A DNA stretch of 41,609 nucleotides from Candidatus Bathyarchaeota archaeon (lineage in GTDB: Archaea > Thermoproteota > Bathyarchaeia > 40CM-2-53-6 > RBG-13-38-9), in NCBI GenBank assembly GCA_018396565.1, contig JAGTQO010000004.1, forward strand, positions 1 through 41,609. The letters run 5' to 3'. The translations under genes and the position numbers were made by a program. This document shows positions 25,525 to 32,671 of this stretch, one piece after another (the first letter of the stretch is position 1; each line of letters starts with the position of its first letter). The notes beneath the pieces were generated by a model. That model was not told the origin of the DNA. It did not search any database and was given only the letters and a program-made list of their open reading frames with translations.

Positions 25525-26994
25525 TCACGGTGAGTACTTGAATGGGTGCTTGGCCCTCTCCTTATTCTCTAACAATTCTTCTATTGTGGGTCTACCTTCG
25601 AGAGCCCTCCTGATGGCGTGTCTCACAGCTTTATAATTGTTTATGTAGACCCTTCTCCTATCGACGGCTGAAGGATGTATGAACACGTTCACCATAATGA
25701 TCAGGCTCTCGACAGACCTTTCAGGGATCAGACCTTCAGCTACGCTGTCAACCACAGCCTTTGCGACAGCTGCTTGGGCTGGACCGTAGATTATGCTTGC
25801 CTGCCTCATGCTCTTTATGGTTACTGTAGGTATTATCAGTGTCGTCGGCTTCACTGCGAGGTTCGGTTCAAGAATCGCTATTAGAGGTTCATGTCCGGCT
25901 GATGGCGTCGCCTTGGCTTTGACGAAGGCCTCTCCAACAGGGCCGTCTTTGAGTCCGATGATGACCTCGACATGAGCGACCTCAGCCCCATCCCCGGCGA
26001 GGCCCTCCCCAACCCTTATCTCAGGGCCCTCCACCGGCACCATATCTTTGACAGCGAATTCGGAGGCGCCGCCTCGGACAGCTATCTCAGGGGCGAGAGC
26101 TCTACGCTCAATCTTCCCAACCCTCTCCAACTCTATTCTCAACTCCTCAAAGTCTTCGTATGAGAGTTCGCCTCCCACCGATAGTGGGAGCCTGACAGGG
26201 CCTACTTTGATATTCATCATGTTGAGGGCTGCCTTGGCTCCGACAGGCCCGCTCTTAACGATTATTCTACATATCTTCTGGATGCTTGTCTGAATCTTTT
26301 GGGCCTCAGCCATATTCTCCTTAAATCTGCGGTATAGTCTGAGCCAAATATCCGGTATGAAGTTTGCACTGGCAAGGATCATTCCTGATGCGCCTGCGGC
26401 TAGGGCTGGGAGAACAACTTCATCATGGCCGCAGAGAATCGAGAGTCTCGAACCTGTCTTCTCTATGACAGTAAGTATATACTTTATCTCGCCGCTACTG
26501 TCTTTTAAGCCTAATATATTCGGTATCTCAACGAGGTCTTCGACCATCTGCCAACTCAAGTTAACACCAGTGGCTTGTGGAATATTGTATAGGACTATTG
26601 GTAGATCAACCTTGTCCGCCAGGACCCTGTAATGTTCATATATACCCCTATCTGTAGGTTTATGGTAGTAGGGTGTGACAACCAAGGCGGCGTCTGCGCC
26701 TACATCCTTGGCGTGGCGTGTAAGTTCAACAGCTGCATTTGTGCTGCTGTGGCCTGTTCCCGCGATTACAGGAACCTTACCGTTTGCTTGGTCGACAACA
26801 TATTCTACGACCCTCTTACGCTCCTCAAGGGTGAGGTTCTGGCACTCCCCAGTCGTTCCACATGGAACCAGGCCGTTTACTCCACTCTCAACGGTGTAGT
26901 CTACAAGCCTCCTCAATCTGGCCTCATCGATTTCCTCCCCCGAATCTGTGAAGGGTGTGACGAGGGCGGGGAAGACTCCCTCCAGCCTCAACAT
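25525..26994 (-). CDS. Fusion protein: DapA/NAL-family class I aldolase (aa 1-~295) + formaldehyde-activating enzyme (Fae) domain (aa ~325-489)
   Basis: The N-terminal half has GTTGE, TPYY, YNIP and the Schiff-base Lys context ILGLKDSSG. The C-terminal half, VGEGLAGDGAEVAHVEVIIG...LIAILEPNLAVKPTTLI...VTIKSMRQASIIYGPAQAAVAKAVVDSVAEGLIP...VNVFIHP...KHPF, is collinear with Fae as I recall it from Methylobacterium extorquens. Confidence 0.8.
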   Translation of the reverse strand: MLRLEGVFPALVTPFTDSGEEIDEARLRRLVDYTVESGVNGLVPCGTTGECQNLTLEERKRVVEYVVDQANGKVPVIAGTGHSSTNAAVELTRHAKDVGADAALVVTPYYHKPTDRGIYEHYRVLADKVDLPIVLYNIPQATGVNLSWQMVEDLVEIPNILGLKDSSGEIKYILTVIEKTGSRLSILCGHDEVVLPALAAGASGMILASANFIPDIWLRLYRRFKENMAEAQKIQTSIQKICRIIVKSGPVGAKAALNMMNIKVGPVRLPLSVGGELSYEDFEELRIELERVGKIERRALAPEIAVRGGASEFAVKDMVPVEGPEIRVGEGLAGDGAEVAHVEVIIGLKDGPVGEAFVKAKATPSAGHEPLIAILEPNLAVKPTTLIIPTVTIKSMRQASIIYGPAQAAVAKAVVDSVAEGLIPERSVESLIIMVNVFIHPSAVDRRRVYINNYKAVRHAIRRALEGRPTIEELLENKERAKHPFKYSP

Positions 26995-27120
26995 GTCTTG
27001 AAGATCTCCATTACTTTCTCAAACTATCCAAGAAACTATGAGATTGATTCAAAAATGGTGGGATGACATTCCTGTTCTTGTCCTGAACGTTGACGTCATC
27101 AGCCTGGACTATCATCCCTT

Positions 27121-27444
27121 CTATGTAGACGACTCTGCTTGTGTGGTCTCAGCTTTCGACTTACCCTCAGTCCTCAAAGTTATCTCTATGGAGGAGACTG
27201 ATCTCTTACCTCCCTCCTTAGTCTGAACCTCCTCGGTTCCTATTGTTACGTTCTCGATCCTTAGGCTGTCAAGGAATCTTCTCTTGGTTACTTGAGCTAC
27301 ATCTACGGCAGTTGTTATGGCCCTTCCCCTCGCCTTCAATATCACCTCATTACTGCCGCTGCTTATTAGGCTCACAACAGACAGTACATAGGTCATTACA
27401 GGTTTCTTTCCTACAAGAACAACATTCGGTTGCAAACCAGCCAT
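27121..27444 (-). CDS. albA: Chromatin protein Alba (Sso10b family)
   Basis: NVVLVGKKPVMTYV...EVILKARGRAITTAVDVAQV...IEITL. Confidence 0.9.
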   Translation of the reverse strand: MAGLQPNVVLVGKKPVMTYVLSVVSLISSGSNEVILKARGRAITTAVDVAQVTKRRFLDSLRIENVTIGTEEVQTKEGGKRSVSSIEITLRTEGKSKAETTQAESST

Positions 27445-27516
27445 CTCTCATCCCCTGCAAGACGTAGTGTGGAGGTACATAGATTTAAAAGTAACCCATC
27501 CATCAAGGTCAGGTAG

Positions 27517-27524
27517 CCTATAGG
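27517..27524 (+). promoter_or_regulatory. TATA-like palindrome CCTATAGG about 55 nt upstream of the 27578 gene
   Basis: It lies in the intergenic gap between albA (divergent) and 27578. The same core recurs upstream of other operons in the window. Confidence 0.3.
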
Positions 27525-27577
27525 ACTTTCAAGGGTAAGCTCAAACAGTAGGTCTGTTTAGTTGAGCCGGTGCCTTA

Positions 27578-28426
27578 ATGTCCCGTAGAAAACCTAGACA
27601 TAAGAAGCGTAGGCTCGGGGAAAAGGCCGTTGAGATAGTCTCAATTATTTTGATGGTCGGCCTGATAGTCTTTGTTTTCCAGAATTGGCTCGTCAAACCT
27701 GAGAGGGCGAGTGTAACTTCAGAGAGGAGAGCTGCCCTCATAGACCAGCTCTCAATATCCTTCCCAAACCAGACTTTTGTGGCTGAGTTCAAGAAGATCT
27801 TCAGAGACGCCGGTTTCACGGTTGATGTGTATAGTGGCTCCGAGGTCACCATCGAACTTTACAGGCAACTCCCCCTTATGGGTTACAGGGTCATAGTCCT
27901 CAGGGTCCACCAATCGACACCAGTAGAATATCTTTTACCAAGCAGTAGGCCGGTGAAGGGGCCGCCGGTCTACCTATTCACAGGTGAGCCTTATAATGAG
28001 CATAAGTATGTTATCGAACAGTTGACTGACCTGGTTGTTCCTGCGAGGGAGATAAACGGTTCAAAGATCTACTTTGCAATTGGACCGAAGTTTGTCCATT
28101 CGATGCAGGGTAGATTTCAGAATACGATAATAATACTTGCAGGCTGCTCAGGACTTTACAGCGCTGAGCTGGCCGACTCATTCATAGTCAAGGGAGCATC
28201 GGCGGTCGTTGGATGGCAGAGGTTTGTGCAGATTGAATATACGGACAAGGCGATAAGTCGCTTCCTCAGAGCTACTATCCTTGATAGGACCACCATATAC
28301 AGGGGTATGCTTCTGACATACACCGACGTCGGGTTAGATCCATTGTACAAGACGAATATGATATGTTACCCTGAGGAGAGGAGTAGCCTCACATTCGAGG
28401 AGGCATTCACGCTACCATCCAGCTGA
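27578..28426 (+). CDS. Hypothetical N-terminally membrane-anchored protein
   Basis: Basic N-terminus (RRKPRHKKRR), one TM segment (IVSIILMVGLIVFVF), and an alpha/beta-looking external domain. Confidence 0.5.
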   Translation: MSRRKPRHKKRRLGEKAVEIVSIILMVGLIVFVFQNWLVKPERASVTSERRAALIDQLSISFPNQTFVAEFKKIFRDAGFTVDVYSGSEVTIELYRQLPLMGYRVIVLRVHQSTPVEYLLPSSRPVKGPPVYLFTGEPYNEHKYVIEQLTDLVVPAREINGSKIYFAIGPKFVHSMQGRFQNTIIILAGCSGLYSAELADSFIVKGASAVVGWQRFVQIEYTDKAISRFLRATILDRTTIYRGMLLTYTDVGLDPLYKTNMICYPEERSSLTFEEAFTLPSS

Positions 28427-28638
28427 TTTGTAATCGATATGGTCATCCGACAGTTTGAAAGTGGTGTCCGACATCCTATTATCGTGATGTGTGTTTTATA
28501 TTCGAGTGAAATCAAGCCGACTACGCGCCATCTGGGATATCTCTTAAAGGGCCTCGTCACAGAATCATGAATATACCACTCCAAGCTGCTGATGAGTTGA
28601 CCATGCGCTGATTACGTTGCTTGTTGTTGGAAGATTAA

Positions 28639-28652
28639 ATTCCTATAGGAAT
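28639..28652. promoter_or_regulatory. Perfect 14-bp palindrome ATTCCTATAGGAAT plus an extra TTCCTAT half-site, upstream of the homocysteine operon
   Basis: Seen directly. It lies 49-62 nt upstream of ATG 28701. A third half-site is at 28657-28663. Confidence 0.35.
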
Positions 28653-28700
28653 ATTTTTCCTATTAAAGTATTAATATTTGAGTAGGAGACGTTCAGGGAC

Positions 28701-30200
28701 ATGGAAATCCGTAGAACAGTCGAAGAGATCAATGAGAAGATTGAGAGGGGAGACGCCGTAGTTGTAACTGCTGAAGAGATGACTGAGATAGTTAAGAGTA
28801 AGGGGGTTCACGTTGCCGCTAGGGAGGTGGATGTGGTTACGACAGGTACATTCGGCGCAATGTGCAGTTCAGGGGTCTTCATCAACTTCGGCCATACAGA
28901 CCCTCCGATAAAGATGGATAGGGTCACATTGAACGGTGTGGAGGCATACCATGGGAACGCAGCGGTCGACGTATACTTGGGAGCTACGAAGATGCATCCT
29001 GAGAAGATGTTTGAGTATGGTGGGGGCCACGTCATCGAGGATCTGGTCTCAGGTAGGGAGATAGAGGTTGTGGCGTCAGGGTTCCAGACCGACTGTTACC
29101 CAAGAAAATCTGTGAGGACGACGATAACTATCGACGACCTCAACCAAGCTATCCTTTGCAACCCCCGAAACGGCTACCAGAGATATAACGCCGCGTCGAA
29201 CGGTAGGGATGAACTCATCTACACCTACATGGGTAAACTCCTTCCGAACTATGGGAACGCAACCTTCTCAGGGTCAGGGGAACTCAACCCACTGACAAAC
29301 GACCCTGACTACGAGACTATAGGGGTTGGAACCAGAATATTTCTAGGCGGAGGCATAGGATATGTAACAGGTCCGGGGACCCAGCATGATCCAGTGAACG
29401 GCTTCGGAACTCTCATGGTTCAGGGAGACCTCAAAAGGATGAGTCCAAGATTCTTGAGGGGAGGCAGCTTCACAAATTACGGCACAACCCTGTACGTCGG
29501 CCTCGGCATACCCATACCTGTGTTGAATGAAGGCATAGCGGAGAAGACAGGGATCAGTGACGAGGAGATAAAGACAAACCTTCTAGACTATGGAGTTCCA
29601 CGTAGGAGCAGGCCCATACTCAAGCAGACAGACTATGCGGAGCTCAAATCTGGCAAGATAGTGTTCAGAGACAGATCGATCCACGTCAGCTCCCTGTCAA
29701 GCCTGAAGATGGCAAGAGAGGTTGCGTCTACATTGAAGAGATGGATTGAAGAAGGCACATTCCTGCTCACAAATCCTCAGGAGAGGTTGCCATTGCAAGG
29801 AACCATGAAGCCCATGAAGGTTGTTGAGGAGACGCTTTTCGCAAGGCACATAATGGCGCCTGCAGTAACCTGCCATCCAGACGAAGATCTAGATACAATA
29901 GCAGCAAGAATCATTGAAGAGAAGGTCAATCATGTAGTGGTTGTGACACCTGAGAAGAAGCTGAGAGGCATCATCACCTCATTCGACATAACAAAGGCTG
30001 TTGCCTTGAAGGAGAAAGACCTCTCAAAGGTGATGACCCACCAAGTCATAACCGCATCGCCAGATGAGCCTATCGAGTCATGTGCAAAGAAGATGCAGAA
30101 GCACGACATATCAGCATTACCTGTCACCGACATCGACGGGATCGTCATCGGAATAGTTACGAGTGAAAGAATAAGTAGACTCTTCGGAGAGTACCGGTGA
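28701..30200 (+). CDS. COG1900 (DUF39) homocysteine-biosynthesis enzyme with two C-terminal CBS domains (MA1821-type)
   Basis: The N-terminal ~380-aa domain (VVTTGTFGAMCSSG...) is COG1900-like. The C-terminus has tandem CBS repeats (HIMAPAVTCHPDEDL...VVVV; VMTHQVITASPDEPI...ALPV). Confidence 0.8.
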   Translation: MEIRRTVEEINEKIERGDAVVVTAEEMTEIVKSKGVHVAAREVDVVTTGTFGAMCSSGVFINFGHTDPPIKMDRVTLNGVEAYHGNAAVDVYLGATKMHPEKMFEYGGGHVIEDLVSGREIEVVASGFQTDCYPRKSVRTTITIDDLNQAILCNPRNGYQRYNAASNGRDELIYTYMGKLLPNYGNATFSGSGELNPLTNDPDYETIGVGTRIFLGGGIGYVTGPGTQHDPVNGFGTLMVQGDLKRMSPRFLRGGSFTNYGTTLYVGLGIPIPVLNEGIAEKTGISDEEIKTNLLDYGVPRRSRPILKQTDYAELKSGKIVFRDRSIHVSSLSSLKMAREVASTLKRWIEEGTFLLTNPQERLPLQGTMKPMKVVEETLFARHIMAPAVTCHPDEDLDTIAARIIEEKVNHVVVVTPEKKLRGIITSFDITKAVALKEKDLSKVMTHQVITASPDEPIESCAKKMQKHDISALPVTDIDGIVIGIVTSERISRLFGEYR

Positions 30201-30584
30201 ATGAAGGTACATTTGAGTTTCGACAGGGAAAGGACTACGAAGCCGATAATCTCAACCATAATCCTGAGTACAGGAGTTCAAATAAACATTCTCAGGGCGA
30301 AAGTCGACGAGGCAGGTGGAGAGGTTCTCGTCGAGATACCTGACGCCGAAGCAGAGATGGTGATGGATGCTTTCAGGAGTATGGGTGTCAAAGTCCATGT
30401 TGGAAGACATGTGGAGATACTGAGGGAGAGATGCATAGACTGTGGACACTGCATCACAATATGTCCGGTCGAAGCAATATATGCTGAGAGTGACCTGACT
30501 GTGAAACTGAACCAAGAGAAATGCGTAGACTGCGGCGCATGCATAGACTCATGCCCAACAAGGGCAATAAGGGTAATGCAGTAG
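30201..30584 (+). CDS. NIL-domain + 2x[4Fe-4S] ferredoxin protein (MA1822-type)
   Basis: The ATG abuts the upstream TGA. The NIL-like N-terminus (KPIISTIILSTGVQINILRAKV) is followed by CIDCGHCITICP and CVDCGACIDSCP. Confidence 0.8.
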   Translation: MKVHLSFDRERTTKPIISTIILSTGVQINILRAKVDEAGGEVLVEIPDAEAEMVMDAFRSMGVKVHVGRHVEILRERCIDCGHCITICPVEAIYAESDLTVKLNQEKCVDCGACIDSCPTRAIRVMQ

Positions 30585-31336
30585 GATGGGAATACTTGGG
30601 TACTTCCAAAACATTCAGGGTAAAAAGATTTGTTGAGGACAAGTTGATAATTGTGAAGACAGACCATTACGATGCGGCGGAGGCAGCTTTCAAATCTATC
30701 AGAAACAACAGGAGAGCACTCAAAGAATACATTAGACGCTACCCCGAATTTCTATACGCCCTCGACCCCCTCCCAGTGAGAGGCGATGCTCCGGAGATAA
30801 TCTGCAGAATGGCCGAGGCGGCGGAGAGGGCTTCAGTAGGCCCGATGGCGGCTGTGGCTGGGGCACTCGCAGATATTGCGGCCGAGCAGATGGTGAGGGA
30901 AGGAGCAACAGTCGCAGTTGTCGAGAATGGCGGTGAGATATCTGCAAAGAGCGACTCAGACCTGAACATCGGCATATACGCTGGTGAGTCACCACTATCC
31001 GGAAAATTAGGTTTGAAGTTTCTCAAGAACGATCTCCCGGCTGGTGTAGCCACAAGTTCAGGGACTGTCAGCCACGCTCTCAGCCTCGGCTTCGCAGACT
31101 CGGTGACCGTGATAGCTGAGGATGCAGCCATCGCCGACGCGGCTGCAACAGCTGCCGGTAACGCAGTGTCATCAAATGATCTTCCGACCTCCATAAGCTC
31201 AGGTTTGGAGGCTGCTATGAGGATTAAAGGTGTGTGGGGCGCGCTGGTGATAAGGGGGAGCCATGTAGGAATGGCTGGCCGACTCCCAAGACTCCTACTC
31301 ATCGAGGGGAGGCCCGTAGACCTTCCTGAAATCTAA
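30521..31336 (+). CDS. UPF0280 / COG2122 ApbE-like protein
   Basis: VGPMAAVAGALADIAAEQM...VENGGEI...ATSSGT are family-typical segments. The real start is probably downstream of 30521 (ATG 30551 or TTG 30596), which would reduce the overlap with the ferredoxin gene. Confidence 0.65.
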   Translation: MRRLRRMHRLMPNKGNKGNAVGWEYLGTSKTFRVKRFVEDKLIIVKTDHYDAAEAAFKSIRNNRRALKEYIRRYPEFLYALDPLPVRGDAPEIICRMAEAAERASVGPMAAVAGALADIAAEQMVREGATVAVVENGGEISAKSDSDLNIGIYAGESPLSGKLGLKFLKNDLPAGVATSSGTVSHALSLGFADSVTVIAEDAAIADAAATAAGNAVSSNDLPTSISSGLEAAMRIKGVWGALVIRGSHVGMAGRLPRLLLIEGRPVDLPEI

Positions 31337-32059
31337 CCTATACAGTTCAACACCTGAACCCCTACATGTCTCTCTCAGCCCACCACCATACCTTAGGCAG
31401 ACTATCATCTTGCGAACATTCTCCATCGGAATGCAGCTTGAACTTGAGTAGCCTGCGGCTAGCCTACAAACTTGAGCGGCAGATTGATCCCTCGCCGTTG
31501 TCTCAACCTCCACAACAACCACCCTACCCGAACAATCCCTCAGTAAGACATCTATGACGCCGGTAGGGGTCCTTACATTAACTCCGAGGAGGGTCAATCC
31601 CTCCTCAATCGCTTCTGGACAGTCTGAAATTATTCTGGTGAGGGGATCCTCAATTATGCCCCTTGCCTCAAGATACTGGTCAGGCCCATATCTGAGTATG
31701 TTATTGAGCGAATCCTCAACCCCCCTATATCTTGCTCCTAGAAGATGGGGATATACATCTACAGGCTCAGAGTCTCTCTCAAGTAGAACTATCGGCGTAT
31801 TCAAAAGGTTCAGCTGCTTACTCCTGGATAATGGTAGTGCATAATTTCTTGAGGTGACTATCCGACCCCTCACCTGGGGTGGGATATTCCTGATCTTGCT
31901 TCTCAAATTTTCAACCTCTTCGCTGGTCAAATTCTCTCCATCGAATATTCTATACTCAACCATCCACCTCTCGAATATCTCCTCCAATATTTTCCTCAAA
32001 CCTTGAATTCTGTAGGAGTATGCTCCCTTGCTGTGGATGTATAATGTTATTCTGTACAA
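31295..32059 (-). CDS. Hypothetical protein with a NucS/DUF91-like PD-(D/E)xK C-terminal domain
   Basis: GVIDVLLRDCSGRVVVVEVETTA resembles the NucS nuclease core (D...ExK), but the Lys position reads Glu. The N-terminal half is unassigned. Confidence 0.35.
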   Translation of the reverse strand: MYRITLYIHSKGAYSYRIQGLRKILEEIFERWMVEYRIFDGENLTSEEVENLRSKIRNIPPQVRGRIVTSRNYALPLSRSKQLNLLNTPIVLLERDSEPVDVYPHLLGARYRGVEDSLNNILRYGPDQYLEARGIIEDPLTRIISDCPEAIEEGLTLLGVNVRTPTGVIDVLLRDCSGRVVVVEVETTARDQSAAQVCRLAAGYSSSSCIPMENVRKMIVCLRYGGGLRETCRGSGVELYRLDFRKVYGPPLDE

Positions 32060-32080
32060 TATGCTCCGATCCTTACTCTG

Positions 32081-32584
32081 TCAGTATATTGAGACCTTAG
32101 CTATTCCGGGGATCTTCAATACTTTAGGTATCAGGTCCCCAGGCAGCATCCTCTCAGCTATTAGGGTGAGTTTTGGTTCCGGTGAGAGTTCTGGATCGTC
32201 CACTATAGCTTGTCTGATGCTTATGTTCTCTTCAGCGATGAGTGTTGAGGCTTTAGCCAAGATCCCTACTGCATGTGGGTCGTGGGGGGTTATCTCCAAG
32301 ACGCCGAAACCCAGATGTTTCGCTATCTCCCTGAGGGAGAGGCCTGCCGACCTCATCCTGGCGAATATCTCTCTCAACTCAGGGTTGGATGTTATCGTCT
32401 GGATGGTCTTAACGACGGTTCTCCTATCTACACCCGCCGCCTTGGCTATTCTCACTGTCGGTATCTCTATTTGGTTGCAGTATATTCGGCCATCCCTTAT
32501 GGATAGTCCTGTCTCGACGAGGAGTCTGGCTACATCAAGTCTCTCTGGGTGTCCTTCCAAGTGTTTTGCTATCTTATTCCACAT
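32081..32584 (-). CDS. Predicted amino-acid metabolism regulator with an ACT domain (COG2150-like)
   Basis: An HTH-like N-terminal half (IPTVRIAKAAGVDRRTVVKTIQTI; LSLREIAKHLG) is followed by an ACT-like C-terminus (GILAKASTLIAEENISIRQAIV). Confidence 0.5.
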   Translation of the reverse strand: MWNKIAKHLEGHPERLDVARLLVETGLSIRDGRIYCNQIEIPTVRIAKAAGVDRRTVVKTIQTITSNPELREIFARMRSAGLSLREIAKHLGFGVLEITPHDPHAVGILAKASTLIAEENISIRQAIVDDPELSPEPKLTLIAERMLPGDLIPKVLKIPGIAKVSIY

Positions 32585-32671
32585 GACAAATCAAGTATAT
32601 TTTTGTACACGAAAGATTAAAATATTTCTCATGAGTCCAAGAAGATGCTAAAAAATACAGTAGTGATCAAG

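Noticed and set aside
30739-31302. 187-aa ORF on the minus strand, and the 87-aa ORF at 30732..30995.
   Set aside because: Both are antisense to the UPF0280/COG2122 gene, whose Ala/Gly-rich codons create a long open antisense frame. Their A/S/P-rich, low-complexity sequences have no recognisable domain.
32028-32651. 207-aa plus-strand ORF.
   Set aside because: It is antisense to the ACT-regulator gene, whose translation has a coherent HTH/ACT pattern. The plus-strand product is low-complexity and S/L-rich.
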